From Fidelibacterota bacterium (GTDB taxonomy: Bacteria > Fidelibacterota > UBA8477 > JABMPR01): a stretch of 64,000 nt of DNA. Below are positions 17,826 to 28,600 of the stretch, piece after piece. The DNA lies in assembly GCA_016784025.1 (NCBI GenBank), contig JADHVL010000001.1:73753-137752 (forward strand), in the 5' to 3' direction. Each line of letters begins with the position of its first letter. Positions within the stretch are counted from its first letter, which is position 1. A program made the translations under genes and the position numbers. Under the pieces are notes generated by a model that did no database searches, was not told the origin of the DNA, and was given only the letters and a program-made list of their open reading frames with translations.

Positions 17826-19193
17826 ATGTTGAATCAACTACATGATTTATGGAAACTGATCATACTTGCCTCAATAACGATTCCAATCTGCGCTCAGTGG
17901 AATGAAGTCTCTGTCCCAGAGGGTAGTATCAAGCTGAATGAGATTTCTATTCTGGATGACGGATTAGCTTTCATTGCATTGGGGGGAGCTCAAAATGGTG
18001 TCACCGAGGGTGGTGTTCTGAAAACATTGAATTATGGTGAGAGCTGGCAGCTGATAGCCAGTCCTGCCAGTGACTTCAGAAAATCCATGGTAACGGTTTC
18101 CTTCAAGAATGAACTGACCGGCTTTGTTGGTGGATCCGTAGAATTATTTTTGCGTACCATGAACGGTGGAGCAAGCTGGACCTATGATGCCTTTGATACA
18201 CCCGAATCCATTAGACGTGTCAGATGGTTAAATGACACCACTGTGGTAGTAATGGACAAGGCAGGAACACTTTGTTTTAGTTCCGATCTTGGGGAAAGCT
18301 GGGATATCGATACAACTCTGGCAGCTGCTGTTTCCAATTTCCATCAACGGGCCAATACCATGGCATTTGAAATTATCGATGAGTACAATTGGATTGCAGC
18401 CGGTAAGAAGGGTGCCTTGTTAAAAACGTCCAATGGGGGACAGAGTTGGTCAAACCTTTATCATCTGGCCGGAACCCCCGTCTTTCAAGACATAGATGCC
18501 CTTGATGTAAACAACTGGATCGTGGTAGGCACGAGTGGTTCCGCGCTCATGACCCAGGATGGAGGCGATCATTTCACCGAGCTTAATCTTGATCCTAACT
18601 ACACTGCTAAATTTCAGGCAGTTAGCTATGCTGATTCAGACAATATTATGATCGGCGGTATTACCGTATCCAGTACAGGATACGGTGTCATCAAGTCCAC
18701 TGCCGATGGAGGAATGACCTGGGAAGATGAAAATTTCGGTGGCAGTGATATCTATGGATTTGCCATCAGGGATCTTCATATGTACGAGCCAGGTCTGGCC
18801 ATTGCTATCGGAGATGCAAATCCAGGTGGTAAAGTCTACCTCCTCGGAGAGCATATTTATTATGGCGATGTTAATGCAGATAGCCTTTTGAATGTCCTTG
18901 ACTTGCAACGTCTCATGGAAATCGTGACCTTTGCAGGTGATGCTGCAAATGAAGACGAACTTCGCATTATTGATATGAATAGAGATTTCTCATATGATGT
19001 CCTGGATGCTGTGTTGTTGATTGAAGCAATTATGGCATTCAATGAGTCTACTGATAGCACATCACGATCAATTGGTTCAGTTGGACGTAGCGATAGTGAT
19101 TTGAACAGTGATGATGGGATTTCACTGGATCAGACAAAAGGTCACAGACTGAAAAGAATATTTGCTAACCACATGAGAAAAACCAGACTTTAA
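17826..19193 (+). CDS. BNR/Asp-box beta-propeller protein with dockerin, lacking T9SS CTD
   Basis: 455 aa. Blades LNYGESW, TMNGGASW, SSDLGESW, TSNGGQSW, TQDGGDHF, TADGGMTW. Dockerin segments GDVNADSLLNVLDL.. and IDMNRDFSYDVLDA... Ends in a Ser/Asp-rich tail with no NYPNPFNP signature. Confidence 0.65.
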   Translation: MLNQLHDLWKLIILASITIPICAQWNEVSVPEGSIKLNEISILDDGLAFIALGGAQNGVTEGGVLKTLNYGESWQLIASPASDFRKSMVTVSFKNELTGFVGGSVELFLRTMNGGASWTYDAFDTPESIRRVRWLNDTTVVVMDKAGTLCFSSDLGESWDIDTTLAAAVSNFHQRANTMAFEIIDEYNWIAAGKKGALLKTSNGGQSWSNLYHLAGTPVFQDIDALDVNNWIVVGTSGSALMTQDGGDHFTELNLDPNYTAKFQAVSYADSDNIMIGGITVSSTGYGVIKSTADGGMTWEDENFGGSDIYGFAIRDLHMYEPGLAIAIGDANPGGKVYLLGEHIYYGDVNADSLLNVLDLQRLMEIVTFAGDAANEDELRIIDMNRDFSYDVLDAVLLIEAIMAFNESTDSTSRSIGSVGRSDSDLNSDDGISLDQTKGHRLKRIFANHMRKTRL

Positions 19194-19218
19194 TTAATCC
19201 GCTTTAATTGGAGATGTT

Positions 19219-19569
19219 ATGATGAGCAATAGAAAAAGGTTTGGGAAAGTTGTTGAATTAAGGGAAGAGAAAATTCAAGAATACAAAGATCTCCATGCCA
19301 GTTCCAATGCTGGTGTGCGACACCTCCTATCAAAATACAATATTCACAACTACACGATCTACCTCCATCAATTGGATGATGGTAAATACTACCTGTTCAG
19401 CCATTTCGAATACTCAGGAGAGGATTTTGAAAAGGATATGGAATTATTGAGCGAGGAACCAGAGAACGTGGCCTGGTGGAAGCTCACTGATCCCTGTCAG
19501 GTTCCCATCAAGAATCGGCAAACGGGTGAACAATGGGCACGCATGGAAGAAGTTTATCATAACGATTAA
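19219..19569 (+). CDS. rhaM: L-rhamnose mutarotase family protein (RhaM/YiiL-like deoxyhexose mutarotase)
   Basis: 116 aa. The pattern ..V.L...KI.EY..LH......V...L.K.NIHNYTIYL...........FEY.G.DF..DM......P....WW..T.PC matches the RhaM fold family (HNYxIY, WW). Confidence 0.65.
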   Translation: MMSNRKRFGKVVELREEKIQEYKDLHASSNAGVRHLLSKYNIHNYTIYLHQLDDGKYYLFSHFEYSGEDFEKDMELLSEEPENVAWWKLTDPCQVPIKNRQTGEQWARMEEVYHND

Positions 19570-19635
19570 TCCCTGGTGGATTATCTTTTGAAAATTGATT
19601 TAAGCAATGGCACAATGATTAATCAAGGAGGAGTT

Positions 19636-21084
19636 ATGCGGAGAAATATCCCATCAAAACTAATGATTCTAGGACTCTTACTTTTTGCCCCAATTCTCAC
19701 AATGGGTCAGGCGGAGTTATTGCTGAACAATAGCTTTGAAACCTGGGACATAGCCGGGACAGACGGACCTCCAGACTACTGGAGAATCAACAATACTGAG
19801 AGAGTTAGTGCCAGCCAGGAGACGGAACTTGTTTATGATGGCGATTATAGTATCCGCCTCGATTATTTTAACACGGCAAATGGTGAGTTGATCCAGGATG
19901 ATGTACCCATCACGGGTGGCCAGGAGTATGTTTTCTCAATGTGGGCTCTGGATACAGACTCCACTATGTTCACAAAATTCCTTATTAAGTGGTTTGATGC
20001 AACAGGGAGTGCCTGTGGATCGACACATAACTCGGATCCCAGCCGGGATTCACTTGAATGGCAGGAAATCACCACGGGTGTCTTGGTGGCACCTGATTGT
20101 GCCACAAATATTCAATTTAAAATTAGAACGGTTGATGTGGATAGCTCCTGGACTGGGACTGGCTTCGTACACGTTGATAAAGCCTCAGTTATTATTCCCG
20201 GCGCTACCGGAATACCTGGCTGCACCGATGTGACAGCATGTAACTATGATCCGCGAGCTACAGAAGATGATGGGAGCTGCTTATACACCTGTACCTTCAT
20301 CGAACAAAACGGTAGCTTCGAGACCTGGGCAGATTCTGGTGATGCTGGACCTCCCGATTTCTGGGCTTTAAATAATCCAGAGGCTTTTACCGTATCAAAA
20401 GGAACGGAGCAGGTATTGGAGGGCGATTATTCTGCTGAAGCAAATGTGACCTCAGACGATGGTAATCGTGAAATGAATCAAAACTTCATTCCTGTTTTTG
20501 AAGGAGGAGAATATGAGTTTTCCAGCTGGTTTTACGACAGCGATCCCGGTGTGAAGATAAAACTATTGCTACGTTGGGATGATGTCGATTCGTTGTCAAT
20601 CGGATCAAGCCTGAATACAGCATTCACCACCGATTTACCTATCTGGCAAACCATTTCAACAGGTCTGCAAACTGCACCTGAAGGAGCGGTGTTCGCCAGC
20701 ATTAAAATCCGCTACATTTCCGATGATGGTTATGATGGGGATGCCACAACCTATGTTGATGGGGTTCGATTCAAGTCTATGGGTGATCCATCATCTATTG
20801 CTGAAAGCCGTTCACTCCCGGTGGGATTCAGACTGCTGAATAATTATCCAAATCCCTTCAATCCATCCACCATGATCCCCTTTGAATTGTATGAGAATTC
20901 GATTGTGGAGCTAGCTGTTTTTGATATGCAGGGAAATCATATGGAAACATTGGTGCATGGATCAATGGACGCCGGGTATCACGAGCTGAGCTTCTCACCT
21001 GATAATCTTGCCACCGGTATGTATTTTTATCGCCTCAGGGTGGGTACTCAGACGCTCAGTCAGAAATTGGTATATCTGAAGTAA
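19636..21084 (+). CDS. Secreted protein with two CBM-like jelly-roll modules, a Cys-rich linker and T9SS CTD
   Basis: The ORF track starts at GTG 19576. ATG 19636 has AGGAGG upstream and gives a signal peptide (LGLLLFAPILTMGQA). Internal duplication NNSFETWD..GPPDYW.. / NGSFETWAD..GPPDFW... Linker CTDVTACNYDPRATEDDGSCLYTC. CTD NYPNPFNPSTMIPF. Confidence 0.6.
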   Translation: MRRNIPSKLMILGLLLFAPILTMGQAELLLNNSFETWDIAGTDGPPDYWRINNTERVSASQETELVYDGDYSIRLDYFNTANGELIQDDVPITGGQEYVFSMWALDTDSTMFTKFLIKWFDATGSACGSTHNSDPSRDSLEWQEITTGVLVAPDCATNIQFKIRTVDVDSSWTGTGFVHVDKASVIIPGATGIPGCTDVTACNYDPRATEDDGSCLYTCTFIEQNGSFETWADSGDAGPPDFWALNNPEAFTVSKGTEQVLEGDYSAEANVTSDDGNREMNQNFIPVFEGGEYEFSSWFYDSDPGVKIKLLLRWDDVDSLSIGSSLNTAFTTDLPIWQTISTGLQTAPEGAVFASIKIRYISDDGYDGDATTYVDGVRFKSMGDPSSIAESRSLPVGFRLLNNYPNPFNPSTMIPFELYENSIVELAVFDMQGNHMETLVHGSMDAGYHELSFSPDNLATGMYFYRLRVGTQTLSQKLVYLK

Positions 21085-21128
21085 GCGATGATTCAAATTC
21101 AAAGTATCGTTACCGCAGGGACTCAGCA

Positions 21129-23276
21129 ATGATCCGTTTCAGTCCTTTTTTCCTGATGTGTGTGTTGGGATTGACCAACTTGAATGCGAATGAGTTTTAT
21201 GTCGCCCCATCAGGTTCCAATACCAATGCAGGTACGCTTGAATCACCCTTTGCAACCATACAATATGCTGTCAATACAAGCCAAACAGGAGATGTATGTA
21301 TCATTCGTGGGGGTACTTATCACGAAGAGGTTCAAATCTCAGGTAAATCACAACTCTCAGTTCGTCCCTTTCAAGATGAAGTTGTGATCCTGGACGGTAC
21401 AATCCCCATTAGTTCAAACTGGACAATTCATCAGGGATCCATCTACAAAACAACCCTGAATGAAGATATCTGGCAACTCTTTGTCGACCAGGATGAAATG
21501 GTCATGGCCAGATGGCCGAATGCCCGCTTTGATGATGGTTCGGTCTGGAATCAGGAGGAAAACTGGGCACATGGCGATGAGAACGCCAGTACCAACGGCT
21601 TCGAGGTGGATGATCCCCATGGTGATATCTCCTTAGCTGACCTTTCATTTAGCGTTGAAGGGGCACTTGCGATTCTGAATACGGGATCCTTTCGCTCCTA
21701 TACCAAAGAAGTGACAGATCATTCTCAGGGGAGTAGTACCTTCGGCTTTGACCCCGTACCTGAATCTGCTTATCGTACCAAGCACCATTATTATTTCCTG
21801 GAGAAAAAACTTGAATTTCTGGATCAAGCTGGTGAATGGTTCTATGATCATGAGACCATGGAACTCTATTTTTGGGCTCCAGAGGATGCCAACCCGAATG
21901 ACCTGAATGTTCGCGGGAAAACCCAAGCTTACTTTTTTGATGTTAGCAATTCCAACGTCTTCAAAATCAAGAGGTTTAATTTCTTTGGGACGACCATTAA
22001 AATAAACAACTCAAACTATTCTGAAGTGGACAGCTGTAATTTCTTATATCCCAGCTGCTACAAGCGAATGTTGGGTGTGACCGGTGTAGAACCTGAAATG
22101 ACCAGGATCAGTAGCAGCAGTGACTGTTTGGTGAAAAGATGTGCTTTCCAGTACACTGACGGGAGCGCGATTGAAACGGATGGTGGGAATAACACTATCC
22201 AAAATTGCTACTTTTACCACATCGATTATACAGTCACGGATCTATCATCTGTCATGACCACCATGAAAATGGGAGGAAGTGATAACATATTCCGTCAAAA
22301 TACGGTTCATAAGACGGGCGCTTCATCAGGGATTAATCCAGGAAACACAGCTCTAGTGGAGTATAATGACATGTATGATACGGGCTATCTCCAGAGCGAT
22401 GGGGCCATCATTCATTATATGGAAAATCAGCAAATCGATTCTGAGACCGCCTATAATTGGGTTCACGATAGTCCAAAATATGGAATTCGATACGATGGGG
22501 ATGGAGATGGTCACAGCGGGACTATGCATCATAATGTAACCTGGAATATCAAGTCAGGACATATGCTCAAAGGGCATGATCATCGGGTGGTCAATAACAC
22601 CAGCTTTAATAATTCAAACAATAGCATTATTGTCCTTATTGACCTTGGAGGAAATGAAGGAACCATCACGCGTAACAATGCTGCTGACAAAATTGCGGGG
22701 CATCGTTCGAGCTCCTATGAGTTATTTCCTGTACCAGGAATCTATGATCATAACTGGAATGGATATATCACAGAGGATTCCGTTGAGGACTATCTGGTTG
22801 ATCCACAGAACTATGATTTCAGACCCGTAGAAGGATCACCATTCATTGATGCAGGTGTTGAGATATCTGGAATCACCGATGGTTACCTGGGAGAGGCTCC
22901 TGATCTGGGGGCTTATGAATATGGAGGGGATTTTTGGAAAGCGGGTATCACCTGGGAGTTACAGGCGTTCCCAGTTGGGATTGATGCCAACGAAAACAGG
23001 GCGATTATCCCGGGTCAGATCAGATTGGAACAGAACTACCCCAATCCTTTTAATGGGAATACACAGATCAGATTCAGACTTGAGGATACGGAAAGTATCA
23101 GATTAAGTGTTTATTCGCTCACCGGACAACTTGTTGAGAATCTCATTGATCAAACCTTCACCAGGGGGGAGCATTCAATTGAATGGAATCCCCTGAACAT
23201 GAGTTCTGGTGTATACATGATACGACTTGAATCCGCTGGGATAGTGCAGGTGAAAAGATGTTTACTTCTAAAATGA
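21129..23276 (+). CDS. Secreted right-handed beta-helix protein with T9SS CTD (paralogue of 1362..3824)
   Basis: 715 aa. N-terminal FYVAPSGSNTNAGTLESPFATIQYAVN..GDVCIIRGGTYHE. Shared blocks WQLFV.....MARWPNA, FLYPSCYKRMLGV, NWNGYITE, DFRP..GSPFIDAG, APDLGAYEYG. CTD NYPNPFNGNTQIRF. Confidence 0.75.
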   Translation: MIRFSPFFLMCVLGLTNLNANEFYVAPSGSNTNAGTLESPFATIQYAVNTSQTGDVCIIRGGTYHEEVQISGKSQLSVRPFQDEVVILDGTIPISSNWTIHQGSIYKTTLNEDIWQLFVDQDEMVMARWPNARFDDGSVWNQEENWAHGDENASTNGFEVDDPHGDISLADLSFSVEGALAILNTGSFRSYTKEVTDHSQGSSTFGFDPVPESAYRTKHHYYFLEKKLEFLDQAGEWFYDHETMELYFWAPEDANPNDLNVRGKTQAYFFDVSNSNVFKIKRFNFFGTTIKINNSNYSEVDSCNFLYPSCYKRMLGVTGVEPEMTRISSSSDCLVKRCAFQYTDGSAIETDGGNNTIQNCYFYHIDYTVTDLSSVMTTMKMGGSDNIFRQNTVHKTGASSGINPGNTALVEYNDMYDTGYLQSDGAIIHYMENQQIDSETAYNWVHDSPKYGIRYDGDGDGHSGTMHHNVTWNIKSGHMLKGHDHRVVNNTSFNNSNNSIIVLIDLGGNEGTITRNNAADKIAGHRSSSYELFPVPGIYDHNWNGYITEDSVEDYLVDPQNYDFRPVEGSPFIDAGVEISGITDGYLGEAPDLGAYEYGGDFWKAGITWELQAFPVGIDANENRAIIPGQIRLEQNYPNPFNGNTQIRFRLEDTESIRLSVYSLTGQLVENLIDQTFTRGEHSIEWNPLNMSSGVYMIRLESAGIVQVKRCLLLK

Positions 23277-23335
23277 TTATGCGTATAGGATTTGAATAAT
23301 CTCCGCAATGAGTCATGAATTTCAAATATGCAGCA

Positions 23336-23409
23336 TGCTTCGAGAACCTCAGCAAGACAGCTCTGGTATACCAAATCACTCAGCTTGTCTCCCTGAGCTT
23401 GTCGAAGGG
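23336..23409. repeat. Two members of the TGAGCTTGTCGAA hairpin family plus a partial duplicate
   Basis: 23336-23354: TGC TTCGAGAACCTCA GCA (reverse core). 23391-23409: CCC TGAGCTTGTCGAA GGG. 23379-23389: CTCAGCTTGTC is a near-copy of the core's left part. Confidence 0.55.
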
Positions 23410-23521
23410 TAAAGCGGATCGAAGTTAAAGGCTGGTACAAAAGAACGTAATAAAGAGAGTAATAAATATACCACAAGTGCACACCAAGTAAACACAATGC
23501 AGAAATGCTATTCAAAATAGG

Positions 23522-25039
23522 ATGCTCAACATGAAAAAGACTCTCAATAGACGGCAGTTTTTAAGCAAGGCGGGTGTTGGATTGGCTGCCTTATCAATTC
23601 CACAATTAGCACATTCTGGAATCTTTGGTAAGAAAAGCAAATCTGGCAAGCGACCAAATATTGTGCTGATCATGTCGGATGATGTGAGCCCTGATCTTTA
23701 TGGATGTTATGGAAACACAGAGGTAAGGACTCCGAATATTGATAGAATTGCCCGAGAAGGCGTACAATTTGATACAGCCTGGTCCTGTGCGATTTGCAGC
23801 CCGACAAGAGCCATGATCATGACGGGTCGCTATGCTAATCGGACTGGTTTCTATCATAATAATTTCAAGTATCCTGTTTCAGAAAACAGCGAAGATCTGC
23901 ATGCTCATCATCACAGCTTTGGTAAATTGGCCCAACAGGCCGGGTATGCCACGGCCATCGCTGGGAAATGGCATCTTGGAAAAGGCACTCCTTATTCCCA
24001 AACGGGTGGATTTGATGAATACTGTCTGTGGGAATCCAGGGGAGAAATTAAAAAGCTGAAAGGTTCGCCAGAACATACTGGGGCCTGGGAGGATGAATCA
24101 ACCACATCCAGATACTGGCATCCCGGTATTGTCCAGAATCATAAACTTCTGAAAACCAAACCTGATGAATATGGACCACAGATATTCACAGATTTCGTCT
24201 GTGATTTCATGGACAGAAATAAAAAGGGACCTTTCTTGGCCTATTACCCTATGGTAGCGCCACATGGTACTCGAAAGGGACCTGCCACCACACCCCTGCG
24301 CGGAAAACAGGGCGAGATGGGTGAGGGGCTGGAATCAGGAGAGAAGCGAGCTCGATTTGCTGCTATGAATGAGTATATCGATGTTCTGGTGGGGCAAATT
24401 ATTAAACAGGCCGAGGATCTGGGTATCCTGGATAATACGATCATTATTTACTGCTCTGATAATGGAACGGGGTCCACAGCAAAATCCAGAGGAGTTGAGC
24501 GGGGATGTCGAGTGCCATTTGTGGCATTTGGTGGTCCAGTGAAGCAACGGGGTCTGACAGCAGAAATGACTGACCTCTCGGATATTCTTCCCACAGTAGT
24601 TGATTACGCTGGTGAGAATCTACCCCGTGGCTATGAAGTGGATGGCAAGAGCCTGAAACCCTTCCTCAATGGCGAAACTGATGAACACCGGGATTGGATT
24701 TATAGTGCTGTGGGAACGACACAACTCATGCGCACCAGGCGATATCTACTTGAGGCACTAAATCCGATTTTGGATATGCCGCGTGGTCGTTTTTATGATT
24801 GCGGTGATAGCCGAGACGGACAGGGATATAAAAATGTAACGGATTCTTCTGATCCCGAAGTTATAAAAGTCAGGAAATATTTTGATAAGGTGTTGGAGAA
24901 GTATCCACCGATACAGAAAGACGATCCTTTCTTCAAGACCAAAAAGGGCAAAAAGGTATGGAAATATTTTTCAAATGAAAAGTATGCCAAAAAGCATTTG
25001 CACAACCATCGGGATTATCAATTTTATGATGAAAGTTAG
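23522..25039 (+). CDS. Formylglycine-dependent sulfatase with Tat-type signal
   Basis: 505 aa. Signal NRRQFLSKAGVGLAAL. PNIVLIMSDD, then C-S-P-T-R in AICSPTRAMIMTGRY (the CxPxR sulfatase signature). Confidence 0.85.
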   Translation: MLNMKKTLNRRQFLSKAGVGLAALSIPQLAHSGIFGKKSKSGKRPNIVLIMSDDVSPDLYGCYGNTEVRTPNIDRIAREGVQFDTAWSCAICSPTRAMIMTGRYANRTGFYHNNFKYPVSENSEDLHAHHHSFGKLAQQAGYATAIAGKWHLGKGTPYSQTGGFDEYCLWESRGEIKKLKGSPEHTGAWEDESTTSRYWHPGIVQNHKLLKTKPDEYGPQIFTDFVCDFMDRNKKGPFLAYYPMVAPHGTRKGPATTPLRGKQGEMGEGLESGEKRARFAAMNEYIDVLVGQIIKQAEDLGILDNTIIIYCSDNGTGSTAKSRGVERGCRVPFVAFGGPVKQRGLTAEMTDLSDILPTVVDYAGENLPRGYEVDGKSLKPFLNGETDEHRDWIYSAVGTTQLMRTRRYLLEALNPILDMPRGRFYDCGDSRDGQGYKNVTDSSDPEVIKVRKYFDKVLEKYPPIQKDDPFFKTKKGKKVWKYFSNEKYAKKHLHNHRDYQFYDES

Positions 25040-25051
25040 TCTTATTCCCCT

Positions 25052-25387
25052 ATGAAGCTCATTCAACTGAAAAGTCTTGATCATCAGCCTGTCTCCCATA
25101 ACCCGCGGATTAAGAAGCAGGTTATGTTGGAGTATCATGAAATGGGTAACATTTCAACTCTGGCTCAATCGGTCTTTCCGCCAGGTGAAAGGGTGGGGGA
25201 ACACGTACATGAAGACCTGATTGAGATATTTATGGTCCTCAGCGGATCTGGAGTGATCACCATAGAGGAAAACGATTATGATCTCTTGACCGGTGTGACC
25301 GTGGTAGTTGAAGCGGGGGAAAGGCATGCACTTGAGAACACTGGATCAGAAGAATTGGTGTTACAGTATTTTGGAATAAGTTTATAG
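25052..25387 (+). CDS. Cupin-domain protein
   Basis: 111 aa. GERVGEHVHEDLIEIFMVLSG.G....E......L..G..VVVEAGERHALENTG matches the two-motif cupin_2 pattern G(X)5HxH...G(X)5PxG(X)2H(X)3N. Confidence 0.7.
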   Translation: MKLIQLKSLDHQPVSHNPRIKKQVMLEYHEMGNISTLAQSVFPPGERVGEHVHEDLIEIFMVLSGSGVITIEENDYDLLTGVTVVVEAGERHALENTGSEELVLQYFGISL

Positions 25388-25551
25388 GTTTTATTGGCAG
25401 TTGATACCGTTGAAACAGTTAATAAGTTGATAAATATTATCATCAATAATTTTCCACTACTACTGTTTTATTTTTCAACATAAATTAGCCTACCCTAATA
25501 ACTAAAGGCTTCCTGGGGAGGGAAAAATTTCGATTTTGCTGGATTGTATTC

Positions 25552-25566
25552 GTATAATTAGTATAC
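25552..25566. promoter_or_regulatory. Palindrome GTATA-ATTAG-TATAC, candidate operator/promoter element
   Basis: Perfect inverted repeat 72 nt upstream of the ATG at 25638. Confidence 0.5.
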
Positions 25567-25637
25567 TATTACCATTAAATATATGTAGTACAGCTATAGT
25601 AATCTGTTCAAGAATTTAATTCGAAGGAGAGAGAACC

Positions 25638-28600
25638 ATGTTTAGAAAGCTAACCATTTGTAGTTTGATTCTGGTTATGACTGTTTTTTGCAGTCTGGGT
25701 CAGGCAATAACCCATAACGTTGCAGTTGGCGAGAGTATTAATACCGCTATTGCTGGAGCTGCAGCAGGTGACACTGTCAGTGTAGCCGAAGGAGTATTCA
25801 CTGAACTGGTAACAGTGGGTGTGGATGTTGTGCTCATGGGTGCTGGACCTGATCTGACCATTATTCAGGGACAGGAAGTAGATCCAGTTGTGAATCCAGA
25901 TCTTGCCACCACCCTGGCCAATCATGTTGTTACTATTACTGGAGCTGCCAAGGTACAGGATTTAACTGTACGGCATGGTACCTATGGCTCAAGCAATGGT
26001 TCCGGAATTTCCACAAGTGGTGATGGAGCACATTTGTTCAATCTTCACGTTACCAAGAATTTAATCAATGCCGCCAAAAAGGGAGCTGGAATCCTTTTAG
26101 ATGGCCAAAATAATCTCGTTGAGAGTTGTACAATTGATAGCAATGAGTGCATTAGTCGAGGTGGCTCGGGACTATTTGCTGCCCAGAGAAATGGTCATCA
26201 GATAATTAATACGACGATTACCAACAATATCGGTACTGATGGTGCCCTGGAATTTTGGGGAAATTCAGACCAAACCGCTGAGATCATCAATTGCACAATA
26301 AGTGGCAACGAAGGTGGTGGGCTGCTTATTAGTGAACGGCGTGCTGGTGTCACTGGCTATATAAAAAATAACATCATCGCCAATAATACAGTATATGATG
26401 TGCTCGTCACTCATAAAGTAGAGGGTGTAAACACAGCGGATCTTGTCGGTGACAACAACATAATTGGTGATTCGACGGGATTGACCATCGAGTTGGGAAG
26501 CTATTCAAACATCTACGGTACTACAGATCTTAACCTGGCTACCATTCTTGCAGATAATAGTACACAGTATGGAACTCAAACTCTAGCATTGAATCCTGGA
26601 AGTATTGCCATTGATGCTGGAGATGCAACCGCCATTAATGGTGTTGATGTTCCACTCAATGATCAGAGAGGCTACCCCAGAATAAGTCCTATTGATATTG
26701 GCGCTTTTGAATATGGTGCTGATGGAGCTGGCGTTTTGGTCATCAGTGCACCCAATGGTGGCGAAATCTGGTTACAGGGAACTGCACATGATATTACCTG
26801 GTCCAGCGATAATGTAACAAACGCAAAACTAGAGTACTCAACAGATGCAGGAGCTACCTGGGTAGAAATAGCTGCCTCAGTAGATGCCAGTCTGGGAACC
26901 TATGCCTGGACACTTCCTATCGCGGATTCACCTACCTGTCTGGTTAAGATTACAGATGTTGATGATGCCACTGTCTCAGATGAATCTGATGCAGCTTTCT
27001 CAATCGTATCACCTTATGTCACTCTCACCGCTCCAAATGGTGGCGAAGAATGGCAAGTGGGAATGGATTACGAGATTACCTGGGATTATGGATTTATTTC
27101 CAATGTACAGATCGAGTATACCAGTGATGGTTCAACCTGGACTGAACTTGCTGCTACTGTAGACGCAACTCTAGGTACTTATACCTGGACAATTCCTAAC
27201 GACCTATCTGCCATTTGTAGTGTTCGTCTTACAGTAGTGGAAAATGGAACTGTATCCGATGCAAGTGATGCAGTCTTCTCGATAGTATTACCAGTCATTT
27301 CAATCGCCGATGCCCGTGCTGATGCAAATGCCGACCTGGTACCAGATAATCTTGGAAATTTAGTTCACGTAATCGGTGTAGTAACCTCACCTGACTATGG
27401 TGGCTATTACCGGGCTTATCATATTGGAGATGAAACCGCCGGAATCGTGCTGCATGCCTCTGGTACTGACCTTGAACTCCGGGTAGGAGATGAGGTCGAG
27501 GTCTTTGGTGAGGTCAGTCAATACAATGGTTTGACCCAACTTGAGGTAACTGCTGCTGACGTGACTGTCCTGAGTACACATAATGCCCGGACTGCTACAC
27601 TTATCACGCTGGATCAATTAGGTGAAGCAACTGAAGGATCCTTCGTGAAAGTGGATGACGTCTACCTCGTTGAGCCAGGCTTGTGGCCTGCTCATGGTGA
27701 TAGCGAAAGTCTTGATCTGACGGATGGAACCAATACGGTTACCCTGAGAATTGACAGTGATACACATCTGGATGGCTGGTATCCACCACAGGGACTTATG
27801 AGTATTCGTGGTGTCGTGTCTCAGTACGATTCAAGTGATCCACGTGATGGCGGCTATCAGTTGATGGGAACTCTCCGCCATGACTTTGTAGATATGGGAG
27901 CTGGCGGTAATGAAATTGAAGTCGCTGCAGGTATGTATGCCATATCAAACGCTCTGGCTACAGCTGGTGCAAGAGACATTCTTGTCCTGACAACCGATGG
28001 GGGTTTGTACACAGATACCACCTTTATAGTGAATAAGCCCATCACAATCAAAGCCGCTGACGGTCTTCTGGAGAAACCTGTACTGGAATTTGCCTACGGA
28101 GAAGGGGATACCACTGAGAACCTGATTCGTGCCTGGGCAGATCTGACTCTGGAGGGACTTGTTCTAGGTCAGCCTGATCTGACAACAGCTACCGACACAA
28201 TGGGTATTTTTGTTGTGTACAGTGATACACTCATGGATTGGGGACAACCAGGTATCAACAATCTTGTTGTCAATGATTGTGATTTCAGGAATGCTGACAA
28301 AGCCATCAGGCAGCAATTCTTGGAAAACACTTCGGATGGTACCACTCTGGATACACTGAGTATTACCAACAGTACTTTTTCAAATTTCTTGTTGGCCAGA
28401 CCCCTTGATTTTACTGGAGATAGTAACAATCCGAGCGAAATCTATACCATTCCTGCAGCCTCATATGTCCTCATAGAGGATTGCTCGTTCAGGAATATGA
28501 TCCTGCCAATAAGAATAGCGAACTATGACGATGGTAGCAGACCATCCTTGGTTACAATCAATCATTGTACCTTTTATAATACAGCCAATAACCATTGTAT

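Noticed and set aside
17426-17827. 133-aa (minus) and 99-aa (plus, 17511..17810) ORFs in the 17.4-17.8 kb gap
   Set aside because: They run straight through the terminator, the hairpin-repeat array and the palindrome. Their translations (SEAEPVE, RLRLSKSEG) are just the repeat cores read in frame.
23150-23515. 121-aa minus-strand ORF between the beta-helix gene and the sulfatase
   Set aside because: It overlaps the 3' end of 21129..23276 and the hairpin repeats (LRQAQGDKLSD comes from the repeat core). There are no coding features.
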